A stretch of 64,000 nucleotides of DNA from Nitrospinota bacterium. Its GTDB lineage: Bacteria > Nitrospinota_A > UBA7883 > JACRLM01. The translations under genes were made by a program, and so were the position numbers. Location: contig JACQXA010000001.1 of NCBI GenBank assembly GCA_016208975.1, forward strand, positions 1,834-65,833, read 5' to 3'. Below the pieces are notes generated by a model. It was not told where the DNA came from. It worked only from the letters and a program-made list of their open reading frames with translations, and ran no database searches. This document shows positions 34,301-47,456 of the stretch, piece by piece; the stretch's first letter is position 1, and the number at the start of each line of letters is the position of its first letter.

Positions 34301-34651
34301 TTTAATGGCGTTCAGGTCGTCTGGTTGAATCAGGCCAGCGCCCAGCTCGTCGAAAAAAGAGAGGATTGTGTCGTAAAAACCTTTGAACCTTAAAGAGCCT
34401 TCGAACGCGCCACCTTTACGCTTGGTGTAGAAGCCCGATACGACGCGCATGATGAGGATGGAGCGGGCCACAGGTGGAATTATGTTCAGCGGGATTAGAA
34501 TCTCTTCCTGAAGTTTCTTCTCGAACTCGCCTATGGTCATAAGGCCGCCGCCGGCCAGCGCTGAATTTCCGGGGGCGCTCAACCGCTCCCTCAGGGCGGA
34601 GGCCAGCCGGTGAGCCGTGGGGTAAATTATCAAACCTGGTTTTTCAGACAT
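31382..34651 (-). CDS. addB: helicase/nuclease subunit B (AddB-like; degenerate helicase, Fe-S nuclease)
   Basis: 1089 aa with no canonical Walker A at the N-terminus. C-terminal Cas4/AddB-type nuclease with CPFRFF and C-x2-C-x5-C (DCEFCEFPGLC) cluster cysteines. Translationally coupled to addA. Confidence 0.8.
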   Translation of the reverse strand: MSEKPGLIIYPTAHRLASALRERLSAPGNSALAGGGLMTIGEFEKKLQEEILIPLNIIPPVARSILIMRVVSGFYTKRKGGAFEGSLRFKGFYDTILSFFDELGAGLIQPDDLNAIKGYADGKEDELAGIYQLYRAELGKLGFADTGMARKALVEAVANGEAYGRPTLSRYGSITLRDIYQFTPYRFELFRRIAKTIPVKIVAPTPDDRRKAFGYIVTNMEKYENLGDAEGLLEIEWEEPCEGPLASFSKKLFDLAPPSPEQNTETANCPVTIIKCPGRYREVEEAGLAILKLMAEDGHDYSDYCLVTRDVNAYAPLIEDVFGRYAIPFHFRRGIRLATNPLVISVMSIFKSIESGYERDAVLDIVLSPYFQTFSDIEPSVAKSLALSSKIIDGSTRHWISKLKKGIAKFKEAEREPAERARYAIESLLHRLDDLQSQSRAAPFLDTLAEILHFLKINPEPPDGMPMAERVRFRDYNAHAQLLEILREARLAVESLNAQNAPLGFLALRNLFTEQVESRYVPEPGAANQNRVATLNPHDIVGSRYQVVFALGLTEGEFPAFPQVSSLLNEDERMRFNAIHAEVIKKHDPAIVKGRRVFDRWAEKWQEQSLLFFQTARCAGKRLCLSFSEFELNGEPLLKSQFIEDSLEALYPALSPEDREKHIFHAAARAMDDAYDETPPDEEETTARLIHRLFNPDADHEKLAGILSSFAMDDNRWSKLVTLLGISSIEWERDRYFASSGQSKGVEQITPFNGLLVGCEDIFAQFMERGRERRYTPTDLEKYGQCPFRFFASRALGLEPVEEPAEELDAKSAGNLMHLILENFYSKRIAFGPTPLTGSEDELNNLLESAEEVFRRFEEEDNTGDPAVWRIEIRRTIHLLRHIFRIEAEEQKASGFYPVAVEAPFDIKSRDKRKKLYPPLAFQISKLGERLLCGIIDRIDINRQKNELRVIDYKNSSNKTKYRKLVKREEMGATSFQQPVYMMLAKRFTLGRGHLTGAPKAQGGYRLLKAKALKDSFVMADTADDGVFLNEPGAVNPQESPKTFISILSGVVEKIESGVFPVSPRDCEFCEFPGLCRFTKAFVEEQEEE

Positions 34652-34726
34652 ACAGAGGATTATAAGGCCCCCGGTTTTTATATCAAACCATCAACCACAC
34701 AACCGATTGCGGGTTATAATTTCCGG

Positions 34727-35269
34727 ATGGGGGTAAAATCGGTTTGCGTGTTCTGCGGCTCCAGCACGGCGGCGCCGGAATGGGCCATGGATCTGGCGGA
34801 GCGGGTGGGGCGCGGCCTGGCGGAAAAAGGGGTCCATCTGGTTTACGGCGGGGCCAGCATAGGCATGATGGGGGCCATGGCCAACGCGGCGCTGGCGAAC
34901 GGAGGGCGCGTGACCGGCGTTATTCCAAAAAACCTGATGCTGGACGAAGTGGTCCACGAGAGCCTTACCCATCTTGTAGTGACGGAAGACATGCATAGCC
35001 GGAAAAAAGCCATGTTCGGGATTTCCGACGCTCTGGTGTGCCTGCCCGGCGGGCTTGGCACACTGGAGGAGACGCTGGAGATGATGACCTGGAAATATCT
35101 CGGCATCCACATCAAGCCGGTGATAATAGTGAACCATAAGGGTTTTTATGACCATCTGTTAAAACAGTTCGAGCGGTGCGGGCAGGACGGGCTTTTGCGG
35201 CCGGGGCTGGAGAAATTGTGGAAGACCTGCCAGGACGAAGAAGCGCTTTTCGCGCTCATGGGGTTATAA
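34727..35269 (+). CDS. LOG family protein (cytokinin riboside 5'-monophosphate phosphoribohydrolase family, TIGR00730-like)
   Basis: Start at MGVKSVCVFCGS. GGxxGxMG and LPGGLGTLEE LOG motifs. Confidence 0.8.
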   Translation: MGVKSVCVFCGSSTAAPEWAMDLAERVGRGLAEKGVHLVYGGASIGMMGAMANAALANGGRVTGVIPKNLMLDEVVHESLTHLVVTEDMHSRKKAMFGISDALVCLPGGLGTLEETLEMMTWKYLGIHIKPVIIVNHKGFYDHLLKQFERCGQDGLLRPGLEKLWKTCQDEEALFALMGL

Positions 35270-35350
35270 GCTGGCGCGTTTTGAAGTTAGCTTATTCCAG
35301 TCTGCGCGAGTAAGGTTTATTATGATTAGACGGTAATGGTGGAGAAGCTG

Positions 35351-35590
35351 ATGAAATACTACGCTTTTGAGATAGTCATCGAAAAAGAGGATGAAGATGA
35401 AGGCTATTCCGCGTATAGCCCCACATTACCGGGGTGTTTTAGCGACGGAAAGACGATTGAAGAAGCGAAACGCGATATCCGGCAGGCAATTGAACAACAT
35501 ATAGCTTCTTTACTGGCGAATGCCCAGGCAATCCCACAAAACGAGCGTCTGGTACATGTGGAAGAGTTAACGGTAGGCGTTCCTGAATGA
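35351..35590 (+). CDS. hicB: HicB-family antitoxin (UPF0150, RNase H-like fold, no DNA-binding extension)
   Basis: MKYYAFEIVIEKEDEDEGYSAYSPTLPGCFSDGKTIEEAKRDIRQAIEQHI is a classic HicB N-domain. GGAG RBS 6 nt before ATG at 35351; stop overlaps hicA ATG (ATGA). Confidence 0.7.
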   Translation: MKYYAFEIVIEKEDEDEGYSAYSPTLPGCFSDGKTIEEAKRDIRQAIEQHIASLLANAQAIPQNERLVHVEELTVGVPE

Positions 35591-35815
35591 CACGATTGCC
35601 TCAAGTGTCGGCGCGGGAACTTGTACGTTTTCTTAGATCACGAGGTTTCGTTGAGGATCGGCAATCGGGAAGCCATCGTTACCATCTGGAGCCAGGAGCG
35701 CAAGATGTCTGTTACCGTGCCGATGCATACAGGTTGCGACATCGGCAGAGGGCTTGCCTTGCGGATATTAAAGGAAGCGGGATTTTCTGTGGATGATTTT
35801 ATAGAATTGCGCTGA
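35587..35815 (+). pseudogene. hicA: HicA-family toxin, disrupted by a 1-nt frameshift near 35694-35700
   Basis: N-terminal half in one frame (MTRLPQVSARELVRFLRSRGFVEDRQSGSHRYHLEPG) and C-terminal half in the +1 frame (RKMSVTVPMHTGCDIGRGLALRILKEAGFSVDDFIELR). Joined, they give a full-length HicA (dsRBD-like, GSHRxxxHP…tvPxH pattern). Confidence 0.55.
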
Positions 35816-35952
35816 GCCACAACTTTTTTATGTCTTGACAGGAAAAGTTCAAAGGTTTATTTCAAAATGGTGTTCACTTAAGAATCTGTATTGCCGCTTC
35901 ACCTCTTCTAAGTTTGAGGTTTTGGACCAGGAGTTACTGGACGTAATGAGGA

Positions 35953-40537
<4,585 letters not shown>

Positions 40538-40697
40538 CCTGTTTCGTACGGCGGACGATCAAATAAACGGCTCTCTCCGGTGAATGGGGAGGGCCGTTTG
40601 CCATTTCCGGAAATTTCCGGAGCGGCCAGACGAAGTATGTATCAAGTATCAGCCCGGGGTTCCGATAAGGTTAGGTGAGGATTGAAGGACTCTCAAC

Positions 40698-40937
40698 ATG
40701 ACGCTGGATATTTTGGAGCCGGTGTTCCGGCTGATACTGCTGGCCGAATTCGCCTTTATGGCGGTAGCGGGCATCGCCGCGGCAATCCACTGCCTTACGC
40801 TGGATTCGGAGATCAGGTCCATATCCTCAATCCAGCGGCAGATGCTGGAAGGCATCCGGGAAGGGCTGGAAGCCAAAAAAGCGGAACGGGAATCCAAAAT
40901 AGCCGCCCGTCTCGCCGCCATGAGGGAAGGTATTTAA
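40698..40937 (+). CDS. small hypothetical membrane/coiled-coil protein
   Basis: 79 aa. One hydrophobic segment (LILLAEFAFMAVAGIAAAIHCL) then a charged helix. Lies in a 476-bp gap that is otherwise unexplained. Confidence 0.3.
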   Translation: MTLDILEPVFRLILLAEFAFMAVAGIAAAIHCLTLDSEIRSISSIQRQMLEGIREGLEAKKAERESKIAARLAAMREGI

Positions 40938-41014
40938 AGCTTCCGCCTATTAAAGCCAAGTCTAGCCTGATTCAAGGCCTGTCCATTTTTATTCATAATC
41001 CAATGCGTTAATAT

Positions 41015-41452
41015 ATGAAGCTAAACATACTGATAATAAATATGTTAACCATGGCGCTTCTGGCCAATCCCTCCTTCGCGCGAAGTGTTAAGTTTCCGCA
41101 ATCTCCAGGCCTGGTTCAAGTAACTGTTGAAGTGGCGGATACCCCATCTAAAACCCAGATGGGCCTTATGTTCCGGGGAGCATTACCGGAAGGGACCGGG
41201 ATGTGGTTTATATTCCCCCAGGATGAGGCGCTTTATTTCTGGATGAAAAACATGGCCATCCCGCTGGACATCATTTTCATTGACAAAGAGTTCATCATAC
41301 GCAAGATATGGAGTGGTGTTCCGCCATGCCGGGGTGAGCCTTGCCCCAGGTATGGTTCGGGAACAGCAGTGCGGTACGCGCTGGAGGTTCCGGCGGGGTA
41401 TTGCCTAAGACATGGGATAATGGAAAAAACCAGGGTGGAATATAAAAAGTGA
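41015..41452 (+). CDS. DUF192 domain-containing secreted protein
   Basis: Signal peptide plus DUF192 hallmarks (GLMFR…MWFIF…LYFWMKNMAIPLDIIFID). Confidence 0.7.
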   Translation: MKLNILIINMLTMALLANPSFARSVKFPQSPGLVQVTVEVADTPSKTQMGLMFRGALPEGTGMWFIFPQDEALYFWMKNMAIPLDIIFIDKEFIIRKIWSGVPPCRGEPCPRYGSGTAVRYALEVPAGYCLRHGIMEKTRVEYKK

Positions 41453-41748
41453 AGTTTTTCAGAATGTTCACGGTTTTAGCGGCGCTGGCCGCCACGTTCA
41501 CAGCTATTGGATGCGCCACCGCCCCCCTTGGGATAGACGAACCCTACAGGATTACCGCCGAGAAGGTGGGGAACATCAAGGAAGGCGTCACCACCCGGGA
41601 AGACCTGAAAACCATGTTCGGCGAACCGGACATGAAGGTTTCCGCCCCCGAAGGGGCCGCCTATTTCTATAAGGACATCAATTTGAGCTCCCTCTGGGTG
41701 GAGTTTACGGACGATTGGACCGTATCCGACTACAAATGGTCCGAATGA
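41449..41748 (+). CDS. putative lipoprotein
   Basis: Signal peptide with lipobox (FTAIGC), 99 aa. ATGA-type overlap with the preceding gene. Confidence 0.5.
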   Translation: MKFFRMFTVLAALAATFTAIGCATAPLGIDEPYRITAEKVGNIKEGVTTREDLKTMFGEPDMKVSAPEGAAYFYKDINLSSLWVEFTDDWTVSDYKWSE

Positions 41749-41888
41749 CGGGCCAACCTATTCCCTTACCCATTAAACGCTTAGGTGGCCGGGTTTGAAC
41801 CGGGCCGATTATCTATGGACACCAGCATTGACAAATCCCTCCGCCAGTTTTATATCTTCTGTACTAATTTGATATTTATTGGATTAAA

Positions 41889-42890
41889 TTGATAAGCGTA
41901 GATAATCTCACCAAGAAGTATGGGCCGGTCACTGCGGTGGACGGCATTTCCTTCTTTATGGAACAAGGGGAGATATGCGGCTTCCTGGGCCCGAACGGCG
42001 CCGGGAAAACCACCACCATGCGCATCCTTACCGGGTTTATGCCCCCCACGGATGGCAGGGTAACCGTGGCCGGATTCGATGTGGTGAACGACGTGATGGA
42101 GGTCAAGAAGCGTATCGGCTACCTGCCGGAGTCCACACCGCTATACACCGAGATGCGGGTTGAGGAATATCTGTATTTCGTTGCGGACGTGAAGGGCCTT
42201 TCCGGGCAACAGAAAAAATCCAAGGTGGGCGAGGTTATGGAGTCCACCGGCATATCTGGCCGGAGCCGGTCGCTGATAAGAAGCCTGTCGAAAGGGTACC
42301 GGCAACGGGTGGGTTTGGCCCAGGCATTGTTGAACGACCCGGAGGCGCTGATTCTGGACGAACCCACCATAGGGCTTGACCCACAGCAGATCGCCGAAAT
42401 CCGGTCGCTGATAAAAGACCTTAGCGGGAAGCGCACGGTGATACTCTCCAGCCATATCCTGCCGGAAGTGCAGATGATCTGCTCCCGGGTGCTGATAATA
42501 AACAACGGCAAACTTATCGCGGCGGATACCCCGGAGAACCTGTCCCGCCAGTTCGCCGGAGGCGGCAGGATAATTGTGAAGATAGAGGCTCCCATGGTTT
42601 CCGCGCTGGAGGCGCTGGGTTCCCTGCCCGGGGTTGATACCGCTTACATGGCGCAGACTACCGTGGCCGACGGGGTGGAGACTGGCACATTCCACCTTAT
42701 ACCCGGCCAGGGAAAAAACCCCCGCAAAGAGCTTATGAAAATGGCGGTGGACCGGGATTGGGAGGTTATGGAACTGTCATCCACAGAGTCACTTTCGCTG
42801 GAGGAGGTTTACTTGAAACTTGTCACCCGGGAGCCCCAGACAGCGGCCGAACCTGTGGAAAACCCCGCTGGCGAGATTGAGGAGCTTTAG
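41889..42890 (+). CDS. ABC transporter ATP-binding protein (ABC-2 / GldA-like)
   Basis: Walker A GPNGAGKTT, signature LSKGYRQRV, Walker B ILDEP. Consensus-like sigma70 promoter TTGACA-17-TATATC at 41829-41857. Confidence 0.85.
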   Translation: MISVDNLTKKYGPVTAVDGISFFMEQGEICGFLGPNGAGKTTTMRILTGFMPPTDGRVTVAGFDVVNDVMEVKKRIGYLPESTPLYTEMRVEEYLYFVADVKGLSGQQKKSKVGEVMESTGISGRSRSLIRSLSKGYRQRVGLAQALLNDPEALILDEPTIGLDPQQIAEIRSLIKDLSGKRTVILSSHILPEVQMICSRVLIINNGKLIAADTPENLSRQFAGGGRIIVKIEAPMVSALEALGSLPGVDTAYMAQTTVADGVETGTFHLIPGQGKNPRKELMKMAVDRDWEVMELSSTESLSLEEVYLKLVTREPQTAAEPVENPAGEIEEL

Positions 42891-43673
42891 ATGGGTGGCA
42901 TGACGGCGGTGATGAAACGGGAGTTGCAGTCATACTTCTACTCCCCGGTGGCTTACGCGGTTATGGTGATGTTTTTAATCATCGCCGGATATTTTTTCTA
43001 CACCGGCATGGTGTATTACGGCGTGGCCAGTTTTGAAATAAGCAGGATGGCCCAGTTCGGGGGCGGCATGGAGCAGGAACTGAACGTGGAAGAGTATATC
43101 CTGCGCCCGTTATTCGGCAACATGTCGGTGGTCCTGCTGATGATGGCCCCTCTTTTTACCATGCGGCTATTCTCCGAGGAAAAGAAAGGCGGCTCCATAG
43201 AGCTACTTTTCACGTGGCCCATTAAAGACCTGGCGCTGGTCATGGGCAAATACCTGGCGGCCCTGGCCATGGTGTCCATAATGGTGGCGCCAACCTTCAT
43301 TTACATAGGGCTGTTAGCCTATCATTCCGGCTTTTCCTGGGGTTGCGTGGTCACGGGTTATCTTGGGTTGATACTGCTGGGCGGGGCGTTCATATCGCTG
43401 GGCATTTTCATATCCACCCTTACGGAGAACCAGATAATCTCAGCGGCCATCACCTTTGGCGCCCTGCTCCTCTTCTGGATAATCAGCTGGGCCGCCGGGA
43501 GCGACACCGGGACCATAGCCGAAATACTGAAAGGCTTCTCCATACTGGAACGGGTGGACAATTTCGCAAAAGGGGTGCTGGACACGCGGGATATCGTCTA
43601 TTACGCCACATTCAATTTCTTTTTCCTGTTCCTCACTATCCGGTCGCTGGAATCGAAGAACTGGAGAGGTTGA
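42891..43673 (+). CDS. ABC-2 type transporter permease (GldF-like)
   Basis: 260 aa, 6 predicted TM segments. Immediately follows the ATPase (stop/start abut). Confidence 0.8.
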   Translation: MGGMTAVMKRELQSYFYSPVAYAVMVMFLIIAGYFFYTGMVYYGVASFEISRMAQFGGGMEQELNVEEYILRPLFGNMSVVLLMMAPLFTMRLFSEEKKGGSIELLFTWPIKDLALVMGKYLAALAMVSIMVAPTFIYIGLLAYHSGFSWGCVVTGYLGLILLGGAFISLGIFISTLTENQIISAAITFGALLLFWIISWAAGSDTGTIAEILKGFSILERVDNFAKGVLDTRDIVYYATFNFFFLFLTIRSLESKNWRG

Positions 43674-43697
43674 TTTAAAGGCAGTGGGCGCGGGCAA

Positions 43698-45065
43698 ATG
43701 AACAAGCGGTTAAAATACGGTTCCGGGTCGGCAATCTTCGTCATGCTCACCCTGGCGGTGATTATTGTCATCAACGCGCTGGCCGCCTCCCATCATAAAC
43801 GGTGGGACTTTACGGAGACGGGCAGTTTTTCCCTATCGCCGCAGACCCTAAAAACCCTTCAGGGGCTGGAGGGGGATGTGACGGTCTATTCCTTCGTAAA
43901 ACCCGACGCGGCGAAACTAGCCCAGGACATTCTGGAGCAGTACGCTTACGAATCCAAAAAGATCCATTACGAGATAATAGATCCGGACAAAAAACCGGCG
44001 CTGGCGAAAAAATACGATGTCCGGGAATATAACACGCATGTAGTGGAGACCTCCCAAGGCAGGAAGGAAGTTGTTAAGCGCCTTACGGAAGAGAGCCTGA
44101 CCAACGCCATACTGAAAGCCACCTCGCCGGGGGTCAAAAAAGTATATCTGCTGGAAGGCCATGGCGAACGCGGGCCCGACGATAACAGCCCAAAAGGATG
44201 GTTTGCCGCCCGGCAGGCGCTGGAGTCGGCGGGTTACGCCGTAGAGACGCTGAATTTCCTGAAGACGCCGGAAATACCTGCGGACGCCGACCTTGTGATA
44301 ATCCCCGGCCCCACGAAAGACATCCAGCCAACAGAAGCGGACAAGCTTCGAAAAAGGCTCGATTCGGGCAGGGCTCTTATAGCCGCGTTAGACCCAGGAA
44401 AAACCCCGAACCTGCAAAACCTGCTCAAAGAGTATGGATTTGAAACTGTGGATGACATAGTGCTGGACCCGGTGAGCCAGCAACTGGGATTTGACGCGCT
44501 GGTGGCGGCGGTGGCCGAATATGGCCCTCACCCGGCGGTGAAAGGTTTCAACGCGGCCACGTTTTTCCCCATGGCCAGGTCGCTGGAGATAGGGCCGGGG
44601 AAGGGGAAAATTGCCCCCGTGGTGGTGGGGCAAAGCTCCCAGCATGGATGGAGTGAAACGGATATGGGCTCCATCGAAAAGGGAACGCCCGAGTTTGATG
44701 AGAAAAAGGACCTGCCCGGCCCCCGGGTGATAGTGGCCGCCGCCGAATGGGAGGCGGGCCAGGCTAAAGAGGAGAGGAAGATAGGCGAGAAGGCGGAGAA
44801 GACCAGGCTGGTGGTGGCCGGTGACGCCGATTTCGCCTCCAACTCCGCCATTGGCATTTCCGGCAACCGGGATATTTTCCTCAATCTAGTGAGTTGGTCG
44901 CTGGAACAGGAAAACCGGATATCCATCCGCCCGAAAGCGAAGGGGTTCAACCCCATCCTGTTCACTCAAACGCAACTGGCGGCCATTTTCTGGGTGTCGG
45001 TGGCGCTGTTGCCGATGATGGTGATAGTGGCCGGCGTTTACGTATGGAAGAAACGCCGCGTTTAA
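43698..45065 (+). CDS. GldG-family ABC-transporter auxiliary component
   Basis: 455 aa. N-terminal TM, large periplasmic domain, C-terminal TM. This topology and sequence are typical of GldG/COG3225. Confidence 0.7.
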   Translation: MNKRLKYGSGSAIFVMLTLAVIIVINALAASHHKRWDFTETGSFSLSPQTLKTLQGLEGDVTVYSFVKPDAAKLAQDILEQYAYESKKIHYEIIDPDKKPALAKKYDVREYNTHVVETSQGRKEVVKRLTEESLTNAILKATSPGVKKVYLLEGHGERGPDDNSPKGWFAARQALESAGYAVETLNFLKTPEIPADADLVIIPGPTKDIQPTEADKLRKRLDSGRALIAALDPGKTPNLQNLLKEYGFETVDDIVLDPVSQQLGFDALVAAVAEYGPHPAVKGFNAATFFPMARSLEIGPGKGKIAPVVVGQSSQHGWSETDMGSIEKGTPEFDEKKDLPGPRVIVAAAEWEAGQAKEERKIGEKAEKTRLVVAGDADFASNSAIGISGNRDIFLNLVSWSLEQENRISIRPKAKGFNPILFTQTQLAAIFWVSVALLPMMVIVAGVYVWKKRRV

Positions 45066-45074
45066 GCCCCTCGT

Positions 45075-46856
45075 ATGCGATTTAAAATAATCATAACGCT
45101 GGTTTTATTTGTCTGCCTGTCTGGGGCCTATTATTACTTCGACGTTTCGGGCGGCGCCGGAAAGAAGAAAGAGAACAAGACCCCGCCGGTGTTTGCCTTC
45201 AACCCGGAAGATGTCGCCGCCGTCACTCTAAAACGCCCCGGCCAGCCGGTGATAGTGTTGGACCGGCAAGATAAAACATGGACGATCACAAGCCCGGTAA
45301 AGGCCCGGGCCGATGAGGAGACAGTAGAGAAGTTAATATCCTCAGCTACTGAGTTGAAGGTGGTCAAAGACCTTGGGGCGGTGGAGAACCTGGCCGAGTT
45401 TGGACTGGCCGAGCCCGAGGAGGCGCTTTTTGTGACCTCCGGGGGGAATATGTTCACCCTGAAAATCGGCGACAAGGCGCAAACAGGGAAAGAGTATTAC
45501 CTGATGGCCAGCGGGCGGGACACGGTGTTTCTGGCCAGCGCGAGACCTGTGGAGGCCGTCACCAAAGGGTTGGGCGACCTGCGAAATAAAAAGCTGTTCG
45601 ATTTTGACGCGCTGGATGTTAAATCCCTGGAGTTGAAATTAAACAAACTCGGCCTGAAGTTCGAACGGCTATCCAAATCCAAAGATGGCAAGGAAGTAAA
45701 GCCCGAGGACGCGCCATGGAAAATGACAATACCCCATGCCACCCAGGCGGACGGGGGCGCCATCCTAAAACTGTTGTCCATCCTCACCACCCTTAAGGGA
45801 ATTGGTTTCGTTTCCGGCCCGGAAGGGGAGTCGGTGGAATATGGGCTGAAAAACCCTGAAATAACCGTAAAAATGGGTACGGATAAAGGGACCTTCGGAT
45901 TCGCCATGGGCCATTACTCCCCGGACGGCGGCCGGTACATAAAACGGCTGGACACCGGCGAGATATTGACCGTGGATGACCGGATTGAAAAGGATCTTCC
46001 GCAATCGGCGGAAGCCTTTATGGATCTTCGGATACATAACCTGACCCGGGAAAATATAACCCGGGTGAAAATTGAAATGCCCGAGGGAAAAACGGTCATA
46101 ACCCGCAAACCCGGTAAAGTGGCGCAGGGTAAACAGACCGGGCCGGAGTGGATTGTAACCGAGCCTGCCGGGCTTGTTATGGAAGAAATGTCCGTCATGG
46201 CGTTTCTTTACGATCTGGAAAACGCCAAGTATTTACGGATAGCAGGGCCAGCTTCCAAAGGGCTGTCAAAACCCGCATTGACCATAACCATCTCCGCCGC
46301 CGGTGGCGACAAGGCGCTCACCCTGGCGAAAGCCCCCGCCAACAAAGGGGATAGTTATTTCGCCTCCTTTACGGGCCGGGATGACGTGGTGGAGGTGAGC
46401 GGCGAAACGTTCAAATCTTTATTCAAGAACCCTGGCGAGTTTGAGGACCGGCGGTTTTTCAAGATACTGTCCGACCAGATAGGGCGGGTGGTGGTAAACC
46501 GCAAAGGGCAGGTGTTCGACGTTTCGAAAAAGGATGAAGATTTCACCATGGCCGCGCCGGAGAATAAAAAAGTGTCCGCCGAGGCGTGGCGTGCCCTGGT
46601 ATGGGCGCTGTCTGGGTTCCGGTTCAGCCAGAGGGCGCCGGAAGGCGCCGCTGGCGGGCTGGATAAGCCAGTTCTGACAGTGTCGGTTTATAATAAATCT
46701 GGCGGCCTGGTGGACGAGGTGGCCGTTGGCGCCCGGGCCGGAAAACCCGGCTATTTTTACGCCAGAAGCGTCAGGACGAAAGAGCTGTTTTTAGTAGGTG
46801 AGAGGTTTGTGACAGAGGATATGGTGGCCTCTCTTGAAAGCCTGTTATCCTCCTGA
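45075..46856 (+). CDS. DUF4340 domain-containing protein
   Basis: 593 aa, N-terminal TM anchor and repeated beta-rich modules. DUF4340 proteins characteristically follow gldG homologues. Confidence 0.6.
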   Translation: MRFKIIITLVLFVCLSGAYYYFDVSGGAGKKKENKTPPVFAFNPEDVAAVTLKRPGQPVIVLDRQDKTWTITSPVKARADEETVEKLISSATELKVVKDLGAVENLAEFGLAEPEEALFVTSGGNMFTLKIGDKAQTGKEYYLMASGRDTVFLASARPVEAVTKGLGDLRNKKLFDFDALDVKSLELKLNKLGLKFERLSKSKDGKEVKPEDAPWKMTIPHATQADGGAILKLLSILTTLKGIGFVSGPEGESVEYGLKNPEITVKMGTDKGTFGFAMGHYSPDGGRYIKRLDTGEILTVDDRIEKDLPQSAEAFMDLRIHNLTRENITRVKIEMPEGKTVITRKPGKVAQGKQTGPEWIVTEPAGLVMEEMSVMAFLYDLENAKYLRIAGPASKGLSKPALTITISAAGGDKALTLAKAPANKGDSYFASFTGRDDVVEVSGETFKSLFKNPGEFEDRRFFKILSDQIGRVVVNRKGQVFDVSKKDEDFTMAAPENKKVSAEAWRALVWALSGFRFSQRAPEGAAGGLDKPVLTVSVYNKSGGLVDEVAVGARAGKPGYFYARSVRTKELFLVGERFVTEDMVASLESLLSS

Positions 46857-46872
46857 CCGGATTAGAGGAACC

Positions 46873-47454
46873 ATGAGTGAAGATGCCGCAAAAATAACCG
46901 TTACAGACAAACGGCGGATAAAATCCGCTGAAGACACCATAGATGATACCACCGCGCCGGATCTGGAGCGCGTGCCCACCTATGTGGAGGAGCTGAACCG
47001 GAAGATAGCCGAGAACGATGAGCGCCTGAAAGAGTACATCGCCGCCTATAAGGAAAAGATGGCGGATATGGACCAGGTGCGCAAACGGCTGGAGGCCGAC
47101 GTCGAGAACCGCTCCAGGCAAAGGTTTGGCGACCTTGTGGCGGAGCTTCTGCCGATTGTGGACGATTTCGACCGGGCAATAGAAAGCGCCTCTAAAGGCA
47201 GTTCGTCTCAAGACATGGCGGAAGGGCTGGCCCGTCTGCGGGAAGGGATGATGAAAGCGCTGGTCAACCGGGGCTTGAAGACAATACAATGCGCCGGTGA
47301 ACCGTTCAATCCGGAAACCGCCCAGGCGGTGTCGGTGGCGCCGGTGGACGACGAGGCGCAAGACAACATGGTGCTGGAGCAGTTGGCCAGCGGTTACATT
47401 TATGAGGGAAGGGTGCTTCGTCCTGCGCTGGTGCGCGTGGGCAAGATGAAGTGA
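46873..47454 (+). CDS. grpE: nucleotide exchange factor GrpE
   Basis: Start at MSEDAAK. GrpE coiled-coil tail and C-terminal beta domain (…[17 protein letters not shown]). Confidence 0.9.
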   Translation: MSEDAAKITVTDKRRIKSAEDTIDDTTAPDLERVPTYVEELNRKIAENDERLKEYIAAYKEKMADMDQVRKRLEADVENRSRQRFGDLVAELLPIVDDFDRAIESASKGSSSQDMAEGLARLREGMMKALVNRGLKTIQCAGEPFNPETAQAVSVAPVDDEAQDNMVLEQLASGYIYEGRVLRPALVRVGKMK

Positions 47455-47456
47455 TT

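Noticed and set aside
35621-35815. Independent 64-aa ORF downstream of hicB
   Set aside because: Its conserved part is the C-terminal half of HicA, and the N-terminal half lies in the adjacent frame, so it is a frameshift fragment rather than a separate gene.
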